The notes beneath the pieces are model-generated. The model worked only from the letters and a program-made list of their open reading frames with translations. It made no database searches and was not told where the DNA came from. Both the position numbers and the translations under genes were made by a program. A DNA stretch of 63,938 nt, filler included, from Jimgerdemannia flammicorona (lineage: Eukaryota), in NCBI GenBank assembly GCA_003990765.1. It is 2 parts of 2 records of this genome, joined end to end, with 100 filler letters (N's around TTAATTAATTAA, not from the genome) between each part and the next. Parts side by side here need not be neighbours in the genome. Positions count along the whole stretch, not along the records: positions 32,043 to 63,938 come from RBNJ01000373.1; 1 more part is not named here. One strand, written 5' to 3'. The number at the start of each line of letters is the position of its first letter. Position 1 is the stretch's first letter. Positions 52,861 to 63,938 of the stretch are shown piece after piece.

Positions 52861-53270
52861 CCAGTATGCTCTGCTGCATCTCAAGGCCAAACCCTCAACC
52901 AAAGTACACCCAGAAGATATAGGATATGATCTTTACAGTCTGGAGGATGAATCCATAAAGCCTGGAAAAACATTTATGATCAGAACTGGACTAGCTATAT
53001 AGTCACTCTAAGGAACTTACATTCAACTGACCTCAAGGTCTGGACTTATCAGACAAGGAATAACTATAGAAGGAGGAACCATTGACCTAGGATATATAGC
53101 TGAAATCAAGGTCATCCTACACAATAGAAGTTCAGAATAATACTGAATCATCAGAGGACAGAAGATTACCCAAGCAGTCTTTATGAAGGTTAAGACTCCA
53201 CAATTATAAAATATCTCTGAACTGACTGAAGGAATGAGACAAGCTAATGGATTTAGAAGTTCAGATAAGA
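52861..53270 (+). pseudogene. dut: dUTPase domain of Gypsy family 2
   Basis: HPEDIGYDL, IRTGLAI, TSRSGL, GGTIDLGYIAEIKV, GQKITQAVF, RQANGFRSS, with internal stops. Confidence 0.9.
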
Positions 53271-56229
53271 AGAAAGTATATCTCCTTTAAGTCAACCACC
53301 TTAAGAGGAATATTCCTCAGCAAGTATACTACCAATCAGTCAAACTGCACAAGAATCTCATCCTGGAGGCTGGAGAACAAACCACCTTCGAAATCTTTGC
53401 ACCACTTGACCCCAGAAATCTTTTCTTTGAACCCAATGAAGATATCTCACATCTGGACATAGAAGGACACACATTCTCTGACAAGATAAATCCAGTATAT
53501 TCCCAAGCAACCAACCAAAGTTGAGAAACCATCATCTTGCCAAAAGAAAGCATCATAGAATATCTGGTGCCTTTTCTCAACCAAACCTATAGAGAAGTTT
53601 ATGAACTAAACTTATCAGAAAATGGCAAAAGATCCCAGAAGAAAGGAAAGGCCCCTCTGTGACCCAGGAGACAGTGAAGCCTTCTACCAATATTGGAGAA
53701 GAATTGACACCCCAGTAATGACAACAACTAGTAGAACTCCTCAACAAATACCAAGATATCTTCACTACTGATTATGGCAACCTGCTATATAATCCGTTAT
53801 ATCACTATAGCATAAATATAGGAAATATAACACTCATTTGGCAGAAACCTTACAGAATACCCCATTACTTAAAAACATTCAAAAAGGAGCACATTCAAGA
53901 AATATTAGATAATAGAGTCATCCAACTGTCTACCAGCCCCTGGGCCAGCTCTATACTTATTATATCAAAGAAAGGAGGATGGAGACTTTGTATAGACTAC
54001 AGGAAACTCAATTCAGTCACTGAAAAAGATGCCTATCCTTTGCCAAGAATTGATGACCTTTTGGATCAGTTACAAGATGCCAGATACTTCAGCAGTATGG
54101 ATCTTTTCACAGAATTCCATGAGATTCCCATAAACCCTAAGGACATTCAGAAAACAGTCTTTCTTGCACTAGAAAAACTGTTTGAATATCTCTGAATACC
54201 CTTTAGACTTAGCAATACACCTCTTATCTTCCAGAGGATGATGAATTTACTCTATACCCCCTTGATCCACTACTGCCTGATTGTATATATGGATGATTCC
54301 AATATCTATTTAGCAAATTTTAAATAATATCTATACTATTTAGAGGAATTCTTCAATCTCACCTACAAGAACCACCTGAGACTCAATGCAAAAAAATGCT
54401 ACTTTAAGAAACAGAAACTTGAATTCCTTGGATTCATAGTTTTAAAAGAAGGAACCCATACATATCTCAAGAAAATCAAGGAGATCAACAATTGGCCAGT
54501 ATCCAAGACCCCAAGGGAAACATTATCATTCTTGATACTAGTATCTTACTATAGAATATTTATCAAGGACTTTGCTCAAATCTCTGCCCTAATTCAGATC
54601 TTTCTCAAGAAAGGAGTACCTTACAAATAGACAGAATCACAAAAGAAAGCCTTCAAAGAACTTAAGAACTGTATGACCACAGCATCAATCCTTGTGTACC
54701 CCAATCTACAGAAGCCATTCATCTTATATACAGATATTTCCAAAGATGGCCTAGGAGCAGTTCTTGCCTAAGAAGGACCTGACCAATAGTATCATATGAT
54801 AGCTTATGCAAACCAAGCTACCAATCAGCAGTAGATGAACTATGGTAGCACCAAACTAGAATACCTTACAGTTATATGAGTGGTCACTCTGTTCAAGCAT
54901 TACCTCATTGGAAAAAGATTTACCTTAATCACAGACCATACAGCCCTCAAATGGCTATTCAACTATAAGGAACCTATCAGAATCCTAGTCTGCTAGATCC
55001 TTATCCTTTAAGATTACAAAATCACCATCATCCACAAAGCAGGGAAAGCCCATAACAATGTTGATATACTTTTCTGCCAGCTCCAACGAACCAGAAGAAG
55101 AGTGTCCCAAGAAACTACACCCTAAAGGACACTCCTCAGACCATCAAGGCACAAGAAGATCTTATTCAAAAAAAATACCAGAAAGCTTACTAAGAATAAG
55201 AAAACATAGAAGAAAAGTTGTGAACAATATACCAACATTGGCCCAATCTTAGAACACAAGTCTGGGACATCCTCAAGAAATGTGACATCTACCAGAAATA
55301 CCAAGGAAGGAAGAACTACCAAGTACCACTGCAACCAATCATACCACCAGACAACATCTTTTGGAGATAGAAAGTAGATATAATTGGACCCTTATCAGTT
55401 ATACTAAGAAGAAACAAATACATCCTTAATATCTGACAAAGTGGCCCAAGGCTTTCCCAATAGAAATCACAAATGCCTTAACTATTGTAGGCCTTCTCTA
55501 TAGACTCACCCTCAGATATAGACACTCAGAAGAACTTATCTCTGACTGAGGTACAGAATTCATCAATAACATAATTACCAGTTATACCTAAATTCACAAG
55601 ATTCACCTCAAATAGACTATATTATACCACTCTTAGACCAATGGTATGATAGAAAGAATGAGCCAGACCATTAAGAAAGAACTTGCCCAAGTCAATCCTA
55701 TTAACTGGGACCTCTGCTTACCTGAGATCTTATGGGAAATTCAGAACACCCCTATAGCCTCTATCAAACAAAAGTCATTTGAAATGATGTTTACTAAGAG
55801 AACTAGAACTACTGATCATAAGGATCTCAGGAACCTCCTCAAGAAGGCAGAATAGTTATATAATCAAGCCCAAGCTCAGATTATCAAAGCTCAAGAAAGA
55901 CAAAAGAAGTACTATAACCAGAAACAGAAGAATTAGGAGATCAAGATTAGAGATCAAGTACTAGTGTAGAGAAGTATGATTGAACTGAATTTTGCCACCA
56001 AACTAGAGCCCAAATGGGAAGGATCTTATCTTGTACACAATATCAAAGAAACCAGTATCTATTTAAGAAGTATAGATGGACAGACCCTCAGGACACTAGT
56101 ATATATCAATCATCTCAAGATATATCTATCTCCATACCATAAACTAGAGAGTTGACAACTGCCTTCAGACTCTTGTCCTTAGCTCATTTCAATCACTACT
56201 AGTTCCCCTACCCTAATTCCAAGAAGTCA

Positions 56230-56590
56230 ATGGAAATGCTATCCAGAAAATTCAGATTCATTAAGAGAATCTTGTCCTGACCAGATGATTGTTACAGGTC
56301 CATCAACTTCAGGCCCATTATGCAATAGAGAATAATTACAGAACCTCCTAGTTCTGGAACAAATATATGTATATTAGAAACACCACAGAACTATCAAGAA
56401 GAGATGTCACCACTACAGATAGGCTCTACACTCTTTATAAATGAAACCTCACAGCTCTGATACAAGCACAATTCTCCTGGTATAATGTATGAGGAATGAA
56501 GCTAGCCACCTACCTAAGCATCATCAATACTGTCAAAATCCTGTTCCCAGAAGAATAAAAAGAACTTGGAATAGAGCAGACATAGTACAG
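56230..56590 (+). pseudogene. Decayed accessory ORF between integrase and the PPT of family 2
   Basis: One frame reads GNAIQKIQIH*ENLVLTR*LLQVHQL...TTDRLYTLYK*NLTALIQAQFSWYNV*GMKLATYLSII, with stops explicable by single transitions. Confidence 0.45.
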
Positions 56591-58628
56591 ATGACAAAGA
56601 TGATAGAATAGGTATTGATACAGAAGATGCTTATCCATACTGGGATGATGACTAAAGGATAGTCTGAGGACAGACCATCCTTTAGTGGGGGCTGATGTGA
56701 CAAACCAAAATGTACCACCTAAATTATAACTTAGACAGATGACATGAGCAATTAGTAACTTAGCCAGATGACTTGAACACATAGCATAGTAACCAGACAC
56801 AGTAACCATTGCTGTGGAAAACTATATAAATAGCCAGACTACCAGATAAGGTATATTTATACAGGACCTATATACCTGTGCTGGATCTGCACAACTTGCC
56901 ATAAGTAGCAAATCTATAGTTAGCCATATAGTAACCAGATAGCAACAACAATGTATAAAATACCCCAGAGACAAGAGTGAATAAACCTCAGTCCAAATTG
57001 AAGTACAAACCAAAGAAGCCTCTAAAGATTGAGCATTGGTCTCCTTATTCCCACTTTGGTCTACTTTCTGATAGAAGAGTCTGAATTGAATCCAAAGTAA
57101 AAGTCAAGTCTGCATACTACACTTCAAGAGGAACTCTACAGCCACTGCTTGGAGATTGTGAGCAAAGCATTCCTTTCCACTCCAGTCCACTTTCCAATAC
57201 AAAGAGTTTGTTATGTTTTTGGTTTGCTTGCCAGATAAGCCTGAAGAATCTGAGTTTGCCACCTAAGTTCAAGGAAGAACTTCACCACCTTTTGAGTAAT
57301 CTGCCACTTAAGGAATAAGCTGCCATTTCCAAGTTATCCGCATTCCCAGAGAGCCCTTAAGGAACCTTACCACAAGCCAGTCTCTTGATGCAACTTCGCA
57401 GTGATCTGTTCCTGCAAACAAAGCCAGTCTTTGATATAACTTGCCAAGAACCCGAGTTATTATTCCCAGAAGCCCGCCAATTCAGGAAGAATCCACAACA
57501 TCCAAGTTATCCACGACATCTGAGATTATCTGAGCTATCCGAGTTATTGAATTATCTGTCTTCCATGCTATCTGAGTTATTATTTTGTTCCCAGTGAGCC
57601 CGATTCAGAGAATCTGCTGCCAGCATAATTCCCAGTGAGCCGATTCAGAAGAATCCACGCCATCTGCTATTCCCAGAAGAACTGCTGCCTTTGAAGAGCT
57701 TGGTATCAGTCAGAATGTGCAGAATTTAAAGTATGAAGATAAGAAAGAAGTCATCTCTTTGATTACAAAAACTCTTCTGATCTGAAAATAACAACCTACT
57801 CTTGACCAGATAGTTTTGAGATTCAGTATTGGTAACTTCATCAATAAGTTCATCTATTAAACTCAAATATTCTAACCAATTGTACAATTTTTTTACTCTT
57901 TAGTTCTCTATAGTGAGAAAGATGTCACTAATACAATTAATTGGCCATCATGCTCAGCTTCTGGAATAATGATTGGCATTGTATTCAGCTTTTCAAGAAT
58001 GTTCTATACAGATGATCTACCAATGATTCTTAACTTCTTAGTTGGTTGGTACAGTTCTGGAGTAGTATATAAAATATTCTAATTCAAAAATGATTGCAGC
58101 TTAATTCACCATTTTGGAACAACTAGCTCATATTGGCCAGTGGCTTATACCTGTAAACTAATGATGGAAATTAGAGATAACTATGAAATAGAAAAATAGC
58201 TTACAGATAGCTTAGTTGCTACATTTAATAAGAGAAGTATCATGACACTTCTCTGATTCTTTATATTTCTCCTATGTAATTCTCTATCTTTGCTCCTGTG
58301 ATTTTTTACATCTTGTATTTTCTGTTTCTATAATTTTTTAAATCTTGAATTTTCTGCTACTGCAATTTTTTACATCTTACATTTTCTGCTTCTGCAATTT
58401 TTTACATCCTGTGTTTTTTTTTACCTCTCTGCTTATACAGTTGTAGTATATAGTCCTTTTCTTCTACCTCTGCAATTTTTTACATCTTGACTGATGTGAT
58501 TCTTTTGCATCTCTGTCTTACAGTTCTTTGTATCTCTACTATACAATTTTGCACTTTTTGTATCTACATTCATTTGTACCTCCTAAGCTATTATTTGATC
58601 ATGAACTGATAATTATAATAATATATAT

Positions 58629-61600
58629 TGTGACAAACCAAGACGTACTACCCGAATCATATCTTTACCAGATGACGCGAACAAGATGACGTGAACACTC
58701 AGCTTAGTAACCAGCAACCACTTGCTGTGGAAACTGTATAAATAGCCAGACATACCAGAAAGGGTCTGTTTATCTGTACAGACTCTGTACACCGTACAGA
58801 CTCTGTATACTGTACAGGTCCTATACACCGTACAGACTCTGTACACCTGCCATAAGTAGCAGATCTATAGTTAGCCACATAGTAACCAGATAGCAACCAA
58901 CTTGTATAAATTACCCCAGTGGCGAGAGTGAATAAAACCTCAGTCCGAATTGAAGTGCAAACCAAAGAAGCCTCTAAAGATTGAGCAATTGGTCCCCTTA
59001 TTCCCACTCCAGTCCACTTTCTGATACAAAGCCTGAAGATTTGCCGCCTAAGTTCAAGGAGAACTTCGCCGCCTTTTGAAGAGAAACCCACTGCTTAAGG
59101 AATAAGCCGCACTATGTTTTGGTTCGCTTGCCAGATAAGCCTGAAGATTTCCGCCTTTTCCGCTGCCTAAAGGAAAGCCGCCTTGCTCAAGCCAGTTTCT
59201 GACGCAACTTCGCAGTGATTCGTCACGCAAACGAAGCCAGTCTTTGACATAACTTTGCCAAGAGACCCTTTCCCAAAAAAGCCGCCATCCGGTTTCCCAG
59301 TTGAAGCCGCCATTCTCAAGTTACCCATATTCCCAGTTAAAGCCGCTGATTCAGGAAGAATCCGCGCCATCCGAGTTATTTCCCAGAAGCCCGCCGATTC
59401 AGGAGAATCCGTGCCATCCACCGTTTTCGAGTTATCCGCATTCCCAGAAAACCCACGCCATCCGAGTAGTATTCCCAGTTAAAGCCGAAACCGCGACATC
59501 TAAGTTATTCGTCATTCCCAGTGAGCCCAGTATAGAAGAATCCGCGCCATACGATTCCCAGTGAGCCAAATCGAGCTATCTGCCAGAGATCGCATACTTT
59601 TGGAGATTGTTGCGCTATACAAGAAATCGTCTGCCACCCAAGAAGGAGAACCGCTAAATTACCAGACCGTCATGCACAGAGATCGTCGCGCTACACAGAG
59701 ATCGTCACGCAGAAATCACATACTTTTGGAAACCCGTCGCACTACACAAAGATCGCTGCACTACACGAAGATCGCCCGCCACCCAAGAAGGAGAACCGTT
59801 AAATTGCCAGACCGTCACGCACAAGGAGATCGTCGCGCTACACAGAAATTGTGCCATTCCCAGTTGACCCAAGAAGGAAACCCATTCACACAAATCGCCG
59901 CTACACCTAGAGAACAGTCCCAATAAGGAAACCACTCGCACAGTATCCAGATCTTGACTATTATACCACTAAACACCAAGAACATTTTGTTGCTTTTAAC
60001 AAAGTAACTGGGGGCTCAAGCCAAACTACATCAACCCCCAATCTTGTAATTTGCCTCCATTAAGCCAGCACATTACATTTGGGGGCTCAACTGGGAAGAT
60101 TTCAAAATCGACGTGACTTTTCAGCTCACAAGAACCCACAGTCAAACTGGATACATTTGATACAACACCAACCTCTGCTACTACAGGAGAACCAGTCATC
60201 ACTAGCATTTGGACAGGAAGAGAAGTAATTACTTCAAGCCTTGCCAACTATCCAGCATCAGATGGATCTCAACCAGAAGCAGGAGGCAGTACAGCCCGAA
60301 ATCCTCAACCAGATCAACCAGATCAACCAGACAATACAGGCAGCCCTGCTGGAGATTTTGGAGAACTTGCACAAGAACTAGAAGACTTTATTACCCGGAC
60401 CCAACACCCCACACCAGTCCCACCAATTTCACCAATAGAACCCCTACCACAACCTCTTGCAGAACCAGAAGTAGCTCCTACAAGGATACCTAGACCTACT
60501 CCACCTCATCCAAGGACCAGAACACCATCTTCAAGATACCCAAGCACCCTGGTCTCTAGTGACAGTTCAGAAAGTGAATCAGAATCAGAATCCGAATTTG
60601 AACCAGAATCAGAAGAAAGTGACAAAGAAATGGCCACCTCATTGCCAATCTTTGCAGGATACCCAGAGGAAGACCCAAGAGAATTCCTTGATGGAATCGA
60701 AGGAATCACAGCCCTGAGGAATCTCTCAGACGAAAGGAAAATCGCCATCTACAAAGCTCAGCTCAGAGAACCAGCCAGAGGGATTTTCCATCGAACAGCA
60801 AACAACCCAGATTCCGAACTAGCAAGACAGATATAAGCAGCAGTCTCCTATGAGCTAGAATATCAGGCCATAGTCTACTGGCTCATAAAAAAGTATGCAG
60901 GAAATGAAACCCGCTACAAGGCCCAGGAATCCATCATGGGAATGAAGATGAATCTTGGAGAATCACCCAGAGCCTTCTTTACAAGAATCCAGAAGAGGAT
61001 GCACTCTGCTGGGTTCAATGCCACCAACCAAGACATCATAGGTCCAATGACCTTCATGAATGGGATTCCTCTGAATATTGCCCAGCATGTCCACAACCTA
61101 GGCATCAGAAGGTCTGAAGAGCAAGTAGATGCAGCCCAAGAATTCTTTGATGTCAGGCAAGGAACTACCTGGAGTGACCATGACAAGAAGAAAGATAAAG
61201 AAGATATCCTGGTCAAAGCCCTACAAGGACTCCTTCAAGGACAAGAAAGGTCTGAAGAAAGAAGGCCAGCCAAGGAAGAAAAGAAAGACAGAAGTGAAAT
61301 TCAAGACCTCAGCTCCAAGTTAGACCGATTGGTTGGGCAGATTGAAAAACTCACCACACGCGAAAATCGGGATTACCAAAACAACAGAGGATACCCATCA
61401 CAGAGGAGCCAAGGTTATCCACCAAGGGATAACAGGAATTACCAGCAAGAAGAAAGAAGGTACCCTGCCCAAGACAGAGCCCAAGTCCAATGCTTCCACT
61501 GTGGACAATTCAGACACTATGCCACTGAATGTGACAACAAAAGAAGTGACCGAAGGGACTCAGAACCACCAAACCGAAGGAATGACACCCAGTACAAGAA

Positions 61601-63938
61601 GACTGAAGCCCATCCTGTTGAAGATTTCGAGGAAGCAAGCAACAGTGAAGACTACAGTGACCTAGACTTGTATCCCACCAAGGTTACTACCCAAAAGACA
61701 GTCTACCCAGCAGAAAAAAGAAAGAGACCTGTGGGAAGACCATCCAGGAACATCAGCAGAAGAATTATTCAAGAGGAAGATGAGGAACATGAGGAGGAAC
61801 AAGTTGAAACACCCCCCCGAACTCCCTCACCTTTTGTGCCTGAGACAAATGAGTTGCCACCAGAAGATGAAGAAATGGAACAAGAAGAATGGGAACCTGT
61901 TGCTCCAAAACCTAAAAAGAAGTACACCCCGAAGACCATGCCTAGGGATATTTACAATGAAGCCTGGCAGAAGATTCAAGAAGCCAAGATGGAAGTTCCT
62001 CTCCTGCAGTTCTTGCAATTGACACCAGCTGGAGTCCGAAACAAATTGCTGAGAACCACCAGGTCTAGCACTGGGCGAGTTCCAATCCCACAGCAAGAAC
62101 CAGCCTCCATCCCTGTCCAAGCAGCTGAAAGACATGTCAGTACCTACTTACATGGAGACATTGGAGTACAAAAAGCAAAAATCCTCATAGATACAGGAGC
62201 AGCTGTCTGTGTCATTGCCAAACGATTCCTGGACACCCTCCAATGGCCCATTGATGGACCATCCAACCTCAGCATCATAGTAGCAGATGGAGCCCGAACT
62301 CAACCTCTTGGAGAAGTACGAAATATCACCATCTCCCTTGGACACATTCAGTTCTCCATCCCCAAAGCTGTTGTCACCGAAGCTGTCACCTATGATATGA
62401 TTCTTGGCACCAACTGGATGAAGGAAATGAATGCAGTTGTTGATATTGGCCAACAAGTACTCAAGTTTGACTACCAAGGCAAGAAGTATAGAGTTAAGGT
62501 GACCAGCTATGAGCAATCGAAGAAGAAGAAGAAGGTCACCATTCAAGAAGAGTATGCCAGCAGTGAGGAGTCTACTACAGAAGAAGAAGAAGAATCTGAA
62601 GATGGAAATGATCCCAGACTCAATCCACGAATTAACCTGGTGGATGACAGACCAGAAGACAATGTGTGGGCCAAGAACACTATCCCTATTACCATTGGAG
62701 CCATCGCAGGAGAAGCCAAAGGATGCCCCACATGCCTCAAGAGACACAAGTGTCCCGAGCACTCCTCCAAGATCATGGGAAAGAGGAAATCGCCTGGTGC
62801 AGCTTGCCCAGAATGTAGAAGAAGAAGAAAAAATGCAGACATATTCCAGAAACACCTGCGACCAAAGCTGCAGAAGTACAAGTAATTTGGGGTCAAGAAT
62901 CATCTGAGGAAGAAGAAACTTCTGACCAAGAAGTTCCTGAACAAGAAACACCTAATGAAGAAGAAGTCCCCAAACTCATCCCCTGGGATGACCCCCACTG
63001 GACACCACCTGAAGACAATGACCCCTGGAATACAGAGGAAGGACCCAGTACCATCACCATTATCCTCAAGAAAGAAACCCACCAAGAGAAAGCTTTTTGG
63101 CTAGGAAGATGTCCACATCAAATGGTCTTCCACTCTCCCCGAGACTACTGCTATCAGTGTCATCTGTTGGACCAACAAGAAAGACAGAGGCCCCAGAGGC
63201 CAGAACCCCCAACTACTCTTGCACAGTCTACTACCTTCCAAGAAGTCACCACAAGGTTACAAAGTTGATTTAGGGGACAAGGCTTCTTCACCCGAACAGA
63301 AATATACCCCTTGTCTACCCTTCCACCAACCTATGACCAAGATGGGTACCGATTCCCCAGACAACAAGAGATAAACAGCCGGGAACATCATTTCGGAGCA
63401 ATGGGATATTGCAACCATGGGAGACACCCTGATTGCCGAGACTGCAGACATCAGAAGATTCACCTCAGTCATGATGTTGCAGTACATACCCTGAAGAAAG
63501 GAGATAACCGAAGCCAGATCCGAAAAAGCCAGATTCGAAAAAGCCAGACCAAGAAGCCTGGAAAAAGAATTCTCAAGATCTACGATTTGGGAGAAGACAT
63601 CCTAGCTCTTATCAGACATGCAACCTGCCAAGGATGGGCAGAAGATGCCACCAACTTCATGGAAGCCCTTGATCCTACAGGAAGGAGGGGAATCAATTAC
63701 CTCCGAGACCCCTCTACTGGAGCCAGATGGCCACACCTCAACCTTAGAGCTTGGAGGCTTTCTGCTAGTGGAGCTTCAGCCTTAGGAAAGCCAGAACTCA
63801 GCAAAGATATTGCGCAGTATGCCCTGCTGCACCCCAAGGCCAAACCCCCGACCAAAGCCCACCCAGAGGATGTAGGATATGATCTTCACAGCCTGGAGGA
63901 TGAAAATATCAAGCCAGGAAAAACCTTCATGGTCAGAA
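58629..63938 (+). mobile_element. Less decayed Ty3/Gypsy family 2 element running off the window end
   Basis: LTR 58629-60077 (TG...CA) preceded by ATAT; PBS TGGGGGCTCAACTGGGA at 60080; colinear with 47737-52990 throughout. Confidence 0.95.
60111..63938 (+). pseudogene. gag-protease-Cys/His insert-dUTPase polyprotein (partial, disabled)
   Basis: Capsid-like LPIFAGYPEEDPREFL, knuckle CFHCGQFRHYATEC, protease ILIDTGAAV...ILGTNWM, dUTPase start YALLHPKAKPPTKAHPEDVGYDL (~63818). Lesions: start ACG TGA (ATG in the sister copy), TAA at 60834, a short frameshifting deletion near 62820, TGA at ~63265. Confidence 0.9.

Larger units (their letters stand above)
47737..57688 (+). mobile_element. Decayed Ty3/Gypsy LTR retrotransposon, family 2 (gag-PR-Cys/His insert-dUTPase-RT-RNaseH-IN-accessory ORF); 3' LTR truncated
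   Basis: 5' LTR 47737-49134 preceded by ATAT. PBS TGGGGGCTCAACTGGGA at 49137; gag ATG at 49174; knuckle ~50540; protease ILIDTRAAV ~51230. RT WRLCIDYRKLN, YPLPRIDDLLDQL, VYMDD (~54285). RNase H FILYTDIS..GLGAVL, LITDHTALKWL. Integrase VDIIGPL, TNGMIERMSQTIK. PPT AGTGGGGG ~56684. The 3' LTR starts at 56696 and similarity is lost near 57688. Confidence 0.93.

Noticed and set aside
57701..57709. TGGTATCAG as a tRNA-iMet PBS
   Set aside because: It is not preceded by an LTR CA end and no gag follows. This family's PBS is TGGGGGCTC.
62815..62885. Programmed ribosomal frameshift after the protease
   Set aside because: The sister copy reads through in frame (TGC AGA AAG AAG AAG AAG AAA TAC AGA CAT GTT CCA, ~51875-51910), so this is a copy-specific short deletion or a sequencing error.
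62148..62951. 267-aa minus-strand ORF and similar antisense ORFs over the retroelements
   Set aside because: Shadow frames of gag-pol with no motifs, and not open in the sister copy.

Overview
Eukaryotic, almost certainly fungal DNA: spliceosomal introns, a Zn-cluster-like gene, and PL14 and TKL-type kinase remnants. The gene families suggest an early-diverging lineage such as Mucoromycota (inference only). An artificial 100-nt linker (44 N + TTAATTAATTAA + 44 N, 31943-32042) splits the window, so adjacency of the two halves is unproven. Left half: a C-to-T-decayed AT-rich repeat zone (1-4360), then a CpG-normal gene region. Its one clearly intact gene is a 9-exon, ~1337-aa TRP-like cation channel with a beta-rich (WD40-like) N-terminus and a C-terminal SH3 domain (17335-22148). 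Around it lie two pore-less pseudogene copies, a triplicated Gag-like/zinc-knuckle module, kinase and PL14 pseudogenes, MITEs and a ~1.8-kb 36-bp minisatellite. Right half: a transposon graveyard with three dUTPase-carrying Ty3/Gypsy elements of two families, all with ATAT at the left flank. One family encodes a decayed 263-aa ORF inside its LTR; the other has a tRNA-Pro-type PBS and a long Cys/His-rich insert. A Ty1/Copia remnant is interrupted by one of these elements, and there is a hAT-type foldback MITE. The TEs show heavy CpG and CpA C-to-T mutation, while local gene duplicates and the minisatellite keep their CpGs.
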